Made by a program: the position numbers and the translations under genes. From the NCBI GenBank assembly GCA_964035545.1, contig OZ037769.1, positions 12,368,633 to 12,432,632 on the forward strand: a DNA stretch of 64,000 nucleotides, in the 5' to 3' direction. Shown piece after piece: positions 49,201 through 61,500 of the stretch; position 1 is the first letter of the stretch, and the number at the start of each line of letters is the position of its first letter. The stretch is from Bugula neritina (Eukaryota > Animalia > Bryozoa). The notes under the pieces were generated by a model that had not been told where the DNA came from, made no database searches, and saw only the letters and a list, made by a program, of their open reading frames with translations.

Positions 49201-51413
49201 ATGCCCTTCCTAACATCACCAATGGCCTTTACTGGGGATCGAACCCATGACTTCGTGTTTACTAAGCCAGTGCTTTAACCCCTAGGGCTTAAATCATGGC
49301 TGCTCTCTAAAGTTGTCAGCAATTGATTAGTAAAATAATACTAGTTCATATCACAAGTATCATAGATTCCTCAAGTTTACCCCCTGGCACAGTGTAGTGC
49401 GGACACAACAACCAAAGATTGATCTCTAGCACAGTTTAGTGTGTCTCATTTCACAGATATGAGAAAAGGTTCATACCCGTACACCAAAGACCTGACCCAC
49501 AGTATATGAGAGAGGTGATTGCATCCCCCCACACTCACCAAACACTGGCCAATGGCTACCATAGATATGCTGGCAGTTCATCCGCTGAGTCTCCAAGATA
49601 TACCGGAGGAAGTTCATCGGGTAGTGGAGTGGACTCCCCAGCAGGGTATGCACCTCGGTACGCCACCAACACCCTCCGCTCTGCTAGTGTTATTGGCATC
49701 CCTAAATATGAAGGAAAGGCGGCTAAAAGGCATTTAAATGGCTACACAAATCATGCGTTCAGAAGAAGTGCATCTAACTCATCGCTGAACGACCTATCAA
49801 TGCATCGGACACATTCGGGTCACCAATCAGAGTCTCACAGACTTCAGCCAATGGCTGTGCAATACCAGCCTGAGCATGTCCGATACATAGATGTGTCCAC
49901 TCTGCCGAGGAAAGGTTCTAGTTTGTCTGAAGCTCCAAGGTTAGTCTATCTGATTATCTTGTGTGCCTTATTACAGTAGTAATGACAAAGTATAAAACAT
50001 AATTTGTAAAAAATAAACTCTATCATGCTGTTATAGTAGGTGTATATAGCCAACAGTGTTACAAAAGTATGAATATTATTTCTAATATCACACTCAATGA
50101 CTGACACGAAAAATTATTTACTGCTATTACAATTTAGAGTACTAGTTTAGTAGTCTGTCAAAAAACTTGTAAGTTTACAATACGAAGCTGCTTTGGGCAA
50201 ATGCATCGGCCATACCTTAGGTGTGCAAAGTAGTGCAAAGTAGTGCAAAATAGTGCAAAATAGTGCAAAATAGTGCCAAGTATTCTGTTCACATAGAAGT
50301 TGCATTTTCTTCTATTTGCATATTAAATTGCATAAGCACTTGTTTGAATTTAGTTACAGGCCCAAAGCTCTTCGGCCTCTAGACATTGAAAGTCACAGGG
50401 TGGTGTCAGTCCACCCCCAAATGTCACACCATAATTTCCGAGGATCTGGTCTTACACTCTTGACTCCACAGTCTCAACACGATCACTGTGAGTTGATTTA
50501 CTTCTTTTCAACTGTGACGTTCAGTCACTTAGCTGGACCAATCAATGCTAAATCACTAGAATATATATAATTATTCTAATAGCTATAGTTTTTTATAGAC
50601 AGAGTATGTTGCACTAAAACAAATTAGTTTAATTAGTATGAACTGTACTAAAATTAACAGATCAATGGAATTTTAAGTTATTCTAACATCTATATTGTTT
50701 TATTACATTAATATATCATGATATTCCAACATTTATCTAATGTAATTGTATTGTATGCATGATATTATCTAACATTTATAATACCAACTTTTGGTATCCT
50801 ATTATTCTAAAATATATATTATGTTATATTATAATATTCTATCATTTGTATTGTGCTATATTGTCTTACATCCTATTAGTACATTATTTATATTATATTA
50901 CATCGTACCTTATTTTATTCTAGCATTCAGTTTGTATTATATTATTCCAACATTCTAATACAATAAGATAACACATATTTTATTTAAATAAAGTACGGCT
51001 GTCGAAACTTTTTTGCAAAATAGTTAAAGAATATATCTCAGCGGCTACTAATAAAATAATAATGATATTTACAATATAGCAGTTACCTGTCAATGATTTA
51101 GCTTTTTACTGCCTTTGATTATTTTTATATTATATTATGTAACTTAGGCTAGATGTAATTGCATATATACTTGTAATTCAACTGTCACAAAATACGCAGA
51201 CAAAACTTACTCTGTGTTTATAGGTTGCTTTACTTGTATTTCATTTATTTTTATAGCATATTTTCCTGTCATCTCATTGCAGTGCTGACAGGGACGCTAC
51301 CGAGAAACACCCGACTAGTTTATAAGCCTGTGACAAGTGGCAGGGTGCTGCCGGTTGAGCAGAGACAGCGCGCTTTTAGAGATGACATTCTGGAGCGAAG
51401 TTCTGTCTATTAA
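43272..51413 (+). CDS. Orphan class C (7tm_3-like, GPRC5/BOSS-type) GPCR without a Venus flytrap domain, long C-tail, 9 coding exons, ~690 aa
   Basis: Exons 43272-43301, 44681-45524, 46478-46498, 47200-47380, 48176-48291, 48823-48955, 49457-49939, 50354-50487, 51283-51413 are in phase. Signal-peptide-like IAFILATLVLSASA and seven hydrophobic segments. Class C hallmarks: TM3 TCNIIRF..SVLLVK, TM4 VQVIINIEWL, EAKWI before TM6 and MFVPKL at the end of TM7. Confidence 0.85.
43855..43992. repeat. ~21-25 bp degenerate minisatellite
   Basis: Unit TAGCTGTGTGTAGTAACAACATG with variants, about 6 copies. Confidence 0.85.
46169..46385 (+). mobile_element. MITE family B, copy 4
   Basis: TA-CAGTACTCCCTTCCTATCTCAC ... 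GTGAGATATGGAAGGAGCACTG-TA. Confidence 0.88.
47373..47651 (+). repeat. Higher-order minisatellite (~19-bp subunits, ~58-bp period) copying the GPCR exon 4 donor
   Basis: CCACCCAG/GTA recurs at ~47373, 47453, 47511 and 47569, plus variants. Confidence 0.9.
48311..48500 (-). mobile_element. MITE family B, copy 5 (reverse orientation)
   Basis: CCCTCCATATCTCAC ... CATAAGCCACAAAACGAGGTTCCAAGCC ... GATATATGGAGAGAGCACTG. Confidence 0.8.
49108..49306 (-). mobile_element. tRNA-derived SINE family A, copy 4
   Basis: GAATGCCCTTCCTAACATCACCAATGGCC ... GGATCGAACCC ... TACTAAGCCAGTGCTTTAACCCCTAG is the reverse complement of copies 1 and 2. Confidence 0.85.
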
Positions 51414-53266
51414 GTTTCTACATAATGTCTAAAAACTCCCTACAACATGTCTATTTACTCTCTATAGCATGTCTATAAACTCTCTCTACAACATGTCTAT
51501 TCACTCTCTATAGCATGTCTATAAACTGTCTATAAGCTTCCTATTAGGTCTCAATAATTAACATGTGTAATAAGCCTTTATAACTGTCTATTAAACCTCT
51601 ATTTAACATGCTATTAGCTTTCTATAATTTTTTGAGCTTTAAAATATTTTGAGCTCACAAACAGCAAACATCATGTGAATTATCTATACATGGTTAAGAT
51701 ATGCATTGTATTTTGCTGACAAAAAAACCTTGAATAATATCTTAAATGTCTAATTACTACCTCAGTAACAACTTTGATTACCGTCTAGCAAAATCTTGAG
51801 ACATGGAAATAGCAATACTACACAAACTTTATATCCAGCAAGAATTCTGGCATTCTTTGATTTCTGGGTTAAAATTATTTTTGGTGTATTTTGTACTTGC
51901 AACCAGCTGCAACCCTGTATTACTGCTGCATGAATTTAAAAGATTGTAAAGTATTTTATATTATATCTTATTTATTGCGTTTGCAATTTTTTCAAATATT
52001 CTATAGCAATATATACCAGCCTCCTAGATTATACTAGCTTTTAGTTTTGTAATAATTATTGCAAAAAATATTTTAACAGCTCTATTTCTATATTAGATTT
52101 TTGCATGTGCTGCACTAGCTTTTACATTCCCATCTCTGGCTTTACTGAATCTCGGTGGACTTCACCGTATAGTTTTTTTTATAATTATAGTACAAATAAT
52201 AAATACACGATACAAAATTGCATTTTATATTTGCAGCTTTACTTTAATTAATACAAATTTGTTATAACAGTAACTAGTATATTTCTATGCAACGCTATCT
52301 AGATGTGTTTCGCAAGCTACGGTATTTTACATTCTGCTATATAATTTATGAGAATTTTAATTACTTTGATTATTTTTTGCTAAAAACAAACTGAAGTGTT
52401 GCTATTTAAGTGTGCTGAATGAATATTTTATGGTAATTAGTATTTTGTATCAAAAGTACTGTATATGCCTTGAAATAATCAATTGTCATCTTTACTGTTA
52501 TAATGATCTGAATAAATATTTATTACTTTAAAATTTAAATTAAAATAAAATGTTCATGCTCCTTTTAATATTCTAAAAATAGTTCAAATGTAAATATCTT
52601 ATAGTATTTGAGTTGAAATTTGTGATGTGTTTTTTCGTACTTCAATGGTTTATAATTCCCTAAGTGATTGCAACTTTTGAATTACATCATGCAGTTCTTA
52701 GCTATAAATAGCATATATTGTATGTTTGTAAACAGTAAAGTTGGAGTTGTAATTTTTATACCGGAGAGGCTACCCAAGATCAACCAATTATTACTTGCAC
52801 TTACTACCAACATTTTCTACTTACTATATAACTTACCCTTACCAGTATTATACAATTACACTTACTATTACTTGCTATTACTACTTACCTTGCTCTGAAA
52901 TTGATTGCATCTAGAAGCGTATTGCTTTAATCCCTGTGCAGGAAATATTTTAGCAAAAAAGGAGTTTTTTGTAAACAAAGATAGCAGCTGAAATGTCAAA
53001 TTAAATATTATAGAAAACTAGAAAATTTTGGCTAATACAGTTGATGTATTAAAGGTATTCATCACTGGTTACTATGGTTACGCAATTGCACATGTGGTAG
53101 TGACAGCTAGTGTATCAGGTATGTGTAGTAGTAGTACTATAGAGATCAGTCTCTCAGTACAGCCATGGCCTGGTTTGCTCTATGCTGTGTTCTGCTATAG
53201 TTTCATATTCAGATAATTACTACCTGCTATAGCAACCAAAGAGCTAGAATTGTATTTAACATTGGA

Positions 53267-55431
53267 ATGCCTCATCTTCTGTTATGGCTAATCACCCTCC
53301 TCACAACAACATATTCCTCTCAGTTCACCACTTCACTCAGGAACTTTGATCTGAATAAAGACAGCCACTTTAATGCTGCCTATGGCAGCAGAATAGAGGT
53401 CACACCAGCTGAGTCAGCTTCCTGTGAACAAGGTACCCACTGCGTTACTCCGTGGTGGTTTCATGATGTCCGTGGTTCAAGCAACTCCACAGAGGTTAGT
53501 TATCACTTGCTGATGACACTATTTCAAAATTTACGGTGTCTTTTACTACTATAATAGGTGTGTGATTAACTTCTTTAGAGCCTAAACGCTCAATAGAAGA
53601 GCAGTCAAAAAATAAACTTGTTTTATATTGCTAATATCTTAACTCCCATCTGCTTTTAAATTGTTTTTTTAATGTGTAAGACTTGCAATTTTGCATAATA
53701 TTTTCATTTCTACAAAATTAATCTTCAACATTAAGTTATACCTGTGTTTTGTGCATAACATACGAAAATAATTTCAGCAACATATCGTTTTGGGAACCTT
53801 TAACCTACAACTGGATCCAAGCCTGATCGAGCAAAACATGCAGTGACTATTGCAGTAGTGTTTATACACTGACTGATGGTTGAAGAGTTTATCATTTTAC
53901 ATTGTATGTAGCTACAATCTCAATGCCATGCATTATGCTAAAAGACCATATAATAAATATCACTGCATTTATTAGTAATTTCTTGTAGGTAAATATATGT
54001 TACTACAGAATTGTTTAGCAAACCCACCCTTATGAAGTATATAATAATACACTTGTAGTTTAAATAGCTATATATGCAAATACTTGCATAATTAACCTGT
54101 CTTCAAATATTATAATGTTGATTGATTGCCAGTCTATTACAGTAGTTTTATGAAAAATGAGATATAATTAAAATTCAACTCTGACGTGTAGCATTAACTA
54201 ATTAAGATAACCTAGCATGCTGTTTTTAACTTGAAATAATTTATTGCAAAGTAAGCAGTATTAAGTATACAATTAGTAAATAAATAATACTATCAGTACT
54301 TATTATAAAACTCTAGGAACTTGATAATCTAACAAATGAGTGATGTAAATGTAACCCTGTTCTATAATACAATTATGCTCCACCCTTGTACTATTTTTCG
54401 TCAATGAAAATTATGTGACTTCTTAACTTAATGCATAAATTAAACATTATACAATTGTAAAGATATTTTACCAATAATCAAAATGCTAAACATGCATGTT
54501 TATACAAATATAAACATGTGGGTGTGGGTGTGGGTGTGTGAGAGAAAGCTTTATTAGTATATTATAGGTTAAAATGATACATTGGATATGGAATATAAGT
54601 AAATAGAAGGCAAAAAAGATGTTGAATTGCTTCACGTATTATAAAACAATATTTCCGTATTTCAGTAATAATTTGTATAAATATTGACATAAATACATTC
54701 TAATACATACATTGTAGTATATAATAGTATATTTGTGTGTACTTTTTATAAGGTATTGAAATAGGTATGTAGGTTGTCATAACTGCTTTTGTAGGAGTTT
54801 GAATCTCTTGCAACCAGGAATAGACTCAACTCTAGATGTAGTAGACTGGAAGTCAAGTGCAACCACACTTGCCCCTCGTTACAATACTCAACCCCTAGAC
54901 CACAGTCTATAGCTTTTAATACAGGTAATATGAACAATCAGTGGATATTTGGTTAATCAGCATTTAATCTAAACGAAGTGTTTTGCCTTAAAAAACTGTT
55001 ACAGGAATAGCGCAACATAAAGTCTTGCTTACTTCACTACATTCCTGAAAGGAAAGTATTGGGTATATGATTTCATTATATCACAGCTACAGTGGCCGAC
55101 TAGCACATATTTTCTATGTTGGATGAATTTAATAAACTATTATTTATTTTAGTACAATGTCACAGTGATGGATCCAGATACTTCACCGCTACTAAAGACA
55201 TGAAATACCCCCTCTTAATCTCAACCAATGACTCTTGTAGCTCGTTCACTTTTATCAGTGAATTTTCTAGAGCAGCTGGGTGGAACTTTATATTTGACCT
55301 TGACCTTAACCATATGAGGTAACTGTACTAATATATATATCTATATATATATATATATACATATATATACATACATATATATACATATATATACATATAT
55401 ATATATATACATATATATATACATACACACA

Positions 55432-55510
<79 letters not shown>

Positions 55511-58500
55511 CTTGAGTTATGTAGAAAACTTAGTGCTGGACAACAGCTACTCTTGGAAGGCAAGCTAGTGTCTAAACAAGGTGCTCAGTCTACAGATGAA
55601 ACTTTCCTCTGGACAGTAGACCAGAAGGACGGTCAACTGCATTTGTCTCTAAAGTGGTTGATGTCTAAACAGTTCAACGCGGCACCGCAGACATTATACA
55701 GGTCTGAAGAGGCTTTAGTTGGTGATTCAGTGACAGTCCATTTGTTCTTAAAAGTAAGTTAATTAAGACTCAGATTTTTAAACAAAATTTGCTTTTTAAA
55801 ATGATGCCTAGAAAACAATAAAAGAATGTTTAAAGGAAGTCGCTAGAGGTTAACCTACTTTGAAAATGATTTACTCATGTACATATGATATTAATTATGT
55901 TTATATAGTAAAATATCTACTATAAAGTTTTCACTTCTGCGCTTCAAAAACAATTATTGTAAAATACCTATTTCAAGGATCAAATTTAATAGAAACCCAT
56001 TAAACTTATTTTGCTACAAAGTCATCAATGAATGCTGCTAAACCTAACAAGCTACTGCACAATGTCTCGAAGTATTAAAAAATAATGTATCTTTTCAAAT
56101 GAGAAGCAACTATTTCGATCAAGCTTTATATTTTCTTTGTCCACTGTTATATGAGTAATATAATCAACTTTAGCAGTATCATAATGTTTTACATACTGAT
56201 GAACTAGATGTGATTTAGCAGAGTTGTTCTTTCTTACAATAAAGGCTTACACTTAGCTTGGAACAGAAAAAAAAAGTCTTGAAGCATTTCACAGCTCACT
56301 ATTACACTTTAACTATTGTAATAATTGGCTTCTAAATTAGATCACCCAAGTATTTTAAGTTTGAAAGCCAATAAAAGGCTGAGTTTTAACTGAAGTGACT
56401 CTATCACTCTTCCTGATGTGTTTATAGTAAAATTAAATTGTAAGCAAAATATTTAGGTTTTGAACATAATGCATGTTTGCCTGTGTATGGTGAAGCCTGA
56501 CTAGACCATTGTTCAATTTTACAGCATATAACTAAAGCTCCAGGCTCCACATGTTTCTATGTCAATGGAGTGCATGCAGCCTGTTTGCCTAGCATCAGCC
56601 TCTATGATAAAGCTATAGCTTTTGTCAGTTTGAACGGTAAGAATAACTTTGGTCTGAGAACTGTATCAGGGAGTATCAGAGACATTCAACTCTACAAGAT
56701 GGGACTCAGCTCAGTGATCATATCTGAGAGGTAAGAAACTCTTACAGGTTTAAATTGATTTGAAGTTGCAAAGGAATTTGTAAGAATTTTTAGAAATAGG
56801 CTTTTGTGGAAAAGCAATTGTAGAAAGGTTGGTTAGTAATTTGAAAGCTTGTTGTAGTGGAGGAGAGACGCTGTTGGTTTGAAGGTAAGTTGTGCAGTGA
56901 TGAAACGAAGTGAGTATACAGTTTACAGTTGAGTGGTACTATAGGAGTACCAACTGTTTTAGTTTTCCTACTAAAATGCAACATATAAACTAATTTTTAA
57001 TACAAGGTAAAACTTTTGTTAAAACATTTTTATCAATTCAAGTAAAAGTTCTATATTAGCCAGCAATAATGATGATGATGGGTTTACTGTATGACAACTT
57101 ACTGCTGCAGTGGTGGTAGAAGCAGCTGGCTGTCAAAATCTGTCACAAACTTTAGTGAAACTTTTAACACTATTTTTTCACATTATTTCCTATACTATTG
57201 CCAGTATTTGAGACAATAGTTCGAGCACTAGCTAACACTTGCTAGCACTTGCTGGTAGTTTCTAGCACCTGTGTTTCTTTCAGATAAAACTGCCCGCTGA
57301 CAATATAGCCTTAAATGTCTCCTCTTAGCATAGCATCCTTGAGGTTTCAAATTAATTTATACTATAGAGATTTGAGCTATTAACAATTTTACTAATATGC
57401 ACCTGCGTCCAAGAATTTCTAAGATCTACTCTGGCCAGTTTTAATACTGCAAATATTAATTTGTGCAGGGAAATACAGACAGTATATTTGAGGAGTATTG
57501 GTGCCACACTCAGTGATTCTAATCATGTTGACTGTCTATGCCAGCATGTGGATTATCCTAGAATGGAGAGAGCAGAGTGGCTGGACTTTGGTGCTCACTC
57601 GAATGCCTATACTAACTATTGCTATAGAGGTAAGTATAGTAACAGTAACTATATAAACCATAATCATACTGGTATAGAAGTGAACAGTTGTACACTAACT
57701 AGGCATAATCATTTATATAAAATCAAGTGGTAACACTAACTAACCATAACTATTGCTCTATCGCTATAGAAGTAAGTCACTACTTAAGTTTTCATGATAT
57801 TGCATTTTATTATATTTATCTTCGAGAACTTTGGTGCACATTTCCTTAGTGTTCTACTGAGCAAGAATGTATTATATGTTATATTATGTATTATATGTTA
57901 TATTATGTATTATATGTTATATATTATGTATTATATGTTATATATTATGTATTATATATTATATTATGTATTATATGTTATATTATGTATTATATGTTAT
58001 ATATTATGTATTATATATTACATTATGTATTATATGTTATATATGATGTATTATATATTACATTATGTATTATATGTTATATATTATGTATTATATGTTA
58101 TATATTATGACTAGATTATAGATTTAAAGTTTGGAAAATGAGAAAAATAAAAAAAAAGTTGAGAACCATTTTTTAGGTAAAAATAAACTTGATAAAAATT
58201 GATAGCTATACATTTTTTCACTCTGTTAAAAACTGAACTTGGCTCAATGATTTTACGATAAATGCTGAAGCCTGAACATAAATGTGTGAAAGAAAATTAA
58301 TTTTTTCTAAATTCAGTGTAATTTATAATACTTGTCATATTCTTGTTTTGCTGAGTTCCTATTTTATTGTTCTCCCACATATAAGAAGATGACCCTAAAC
58401 TATCCATGAAAAGTGCAACAGATAATGGAAGGATAACTCTAAATAAGCGATGCACAGTTATAGTATATAATACGAAAGCACTAATCATATTAATACTGTT

Positions 58501-61500
58501 AAATGCATGTTATATAATTTAGATATCTCCAACAGTACAAATAGAATACCTCGAATGAACGAGCATGAACACGGAGTCTACAATGTAATAGACAATGACC
58601 TCTACACAATGTGGATGTCTATGACAGGCTTAGATAACATTAACATTACTCTTACATTCCCTCATCAAGTCATAGTAAGTTGTGAGTTCATAGTTTAACT
58701 TTCCACAGAACTGTGTGCTTTTGTCATCTATAGCAATTAGCTAGCAATTAAAAAATAATTTTCGCCAGTCAAATAAATGTATTTGTGTGATCATTTAATG
58801 GAAAATTACTTTAGAAGATATTGATGGTAATTTTGCTATTTTATTTTGATAGTTGGAGTTATTAGCAATCAGCAAGAAAGTAATACTATTTTATGTCATA
58901 TGCATGTATGTACGACATTATATTGTGAAATTACATTAAACAGCATGGTGGTACTAGTTATGCTATTCAATGTTTGGAGTTATGCGCTCTCAACTAAAAT
59001 GCAGGTGGAATACTTATAGATAAAAGGGTTGATTCTAGCCTTGTCTGCTCTGCCAAGTTCTATAAAAGTGTGGCGAGTGTCTGATGGCAGGTTATTAGGT
59101 CAGATTAGACTGAGTTGTAGAACTGGGGATATGAACTGTGTGACATGGGGGGACATAACTTCTACGGCCCTTCCACCTGGCTTGCTATCCTTGTAGGTTT
59201 ATGTTTTGTTTATATACATAATTAAACCAATAAAAGCTTTGTTGATATTTTTTAAATGTCTTGGTTATTATAGCTAATGTTGCTTAAAAATGAAATCTTT
59301 TTACATAATGTATCTATACATTGTATGACATGATATAATAAGAGAATATTATCTTATAAAATGTTATACTATAATTGAAAATACTGATAGCAATAATATT
59401 TATATTGCTAGTTGTAATTTTCTTTGGCCAAGTGAACGATATTTTGTAATAATGTATTCCAAAGGATGTACGCAATTTCGATATGATTCCAAATGCTATT
59501 TTTCATAGTATTATATTAGAATATTACACTATATATTATAATATTCAAGAGCGTTTTCAAGACAATCTTTCACTCTGGTTGTTTGAAAGTGCGTCTTACA
59601 TTCATGTATATATATGCATGTTGTTACTTGCATATTATATATCTGTATATGATATAGCGTAGGCCTATATGAAAATAGTTGCCACAAAAATAGACTATGA
59701 TTTGTAGACCGAAATTCCCAACATTCGAATGGATGCTGAGCCAACCCACTCAAGCTGACAAAATAGTTTTACAGTTCCAGGGCTATCAAAGCAGCAATGT
59801 GTTCCTTATCAATGAAATCTTTGTTGTTGCTACGTAAGAATTTTATTCTTCACAAGTAACACTTTCTAATTATCAAATAGTTAAAATAAACCTTTAAGCG
59901 CTTCACAGAAAGGGAATAGTTGTGTACATTATTGTTTTTAAAAGTTTTTATAACTAAACTGATAATATTCTAATTATTCTACTCTGATGTGTTGCGAAAT
60001 GCATTAACATAAGTGCTCTCTCTGTATCTCACTCAGCTACGAGTCCCTGCATGAAGGCCTGGCCTCATGCTCGTGAGAATCATACGAAACTCGTGTGACG
60101 ATTTTCGTGAGTTATCCTCTCATTATGACTAGCCACACACTCGTCGGACGAAACAAATAATAAATAGTCCGTGAATGAGTCTTGTATGAGATACAAACAG
60201 CAGAAAATTGCTAATTACTGTTGTGATTTTTCGTCCATCGTTTTCGTTTGAATTCCCTCAAATTTGATCGGATGTTTAAGTTTTCGTGTCAAATAGACGA
60301 TTTTGTGTAATTCTCATGAGTGTGTGGCCAGGCCTTAAACCTTAATTCGTGTTGATAGAGAAACAAATTTAACTCACGAATCCATTAACTTTGGTCATTT
60401 TGTCCCTATACACACATACTTAAGCCACGAAACAGGGTCCAAGCCCTTCTTGTGATTTATGAATTTTGTGAGAAATGAATCCATGTGTTGTGCCATGTAA
60501 TACATATTCAACTTATTCAACTTGCTTTCAGATGTTCATGTTCACCAGAGTCTACCTGTAAAGTAAACCACCAGGCTACAGCGAGTACAGCTTTCTCTAA
60601 CCACAAGTGTATCTGCCCTGACAGACTTTCTGGTACTCACTGTAACGAGTGTGAAGATGGATATTTTACTCCCACAGCTGCTGGAAGTCTCCTTAGATCT
60701 AGTAAGAGTTGTCCTCACTTCAAGGTCACTTTTTAAAATGACCTATATAAAAGTGCTTTTCTAAAATTGGGCTTTGTACACTTGCTTTAAAGATTTTGCA
60801 TGATATATGCTTTATTTTCCCTGTATGCATCATAGAAAATTTCCAGTTGATTGTTCTTCAAAAGTGTTTCGAATTTATGTCAAAAATATGAGCAATATGT
60901 TTTGAGGCTTTGTGAGCTGGAAGGGTATAGCAACGATTTTTTTCTTCTATATCTGAATTAACTGTGATCAATACAAAGCATGAAGGTTGAGGTATTCTGT
61001 TTTTGCAAAGCATAGAAAACCTGTCGATAATAAATTTACTTAAAATTAAAACTATACATGTTTTAACATAGTTCCAGCAAGAAAATGACTTATATACAAG
61101 CAGCCTCGGCTAACTAATTTGTCAGCAGAAGAATGAAACAGACTTTGGGTTGAGTCATCAGGTTTTTCAAAGTATATTCTATTTGCCTGGTGAAATATGT
61201 AGCCAAGTAAAAATAACTTTGTGACTGTCACTGCAGTGTTTCCATTTTTTCATTTTGTGCAAATGGATTTTTCGTTTGATGTTTGTTAACAGTTTCATAG
61301 AATGAAATCACAACCACAGGTTGATACAACCAGCAACTACAAATGCATTCATATGACCACCTGTACGGATTTATTCAAAGCAATGAAAATGCAGCTTATG
61401 ATAATTACTTATAATTTTAGATATGTGTGAACCTTGCACTTGTAACTCTAAAGGAACCTGCCAGATCTCAGCCAATGGTTGTTGGCCAAAAACAGTGAGC

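Noticed and set aside
59005-59019. Premature stop suggesting the last gene is a pseudogene
   Set aside because: The TAG itself serves as an in-frame acceptor, and all other exons are intact.
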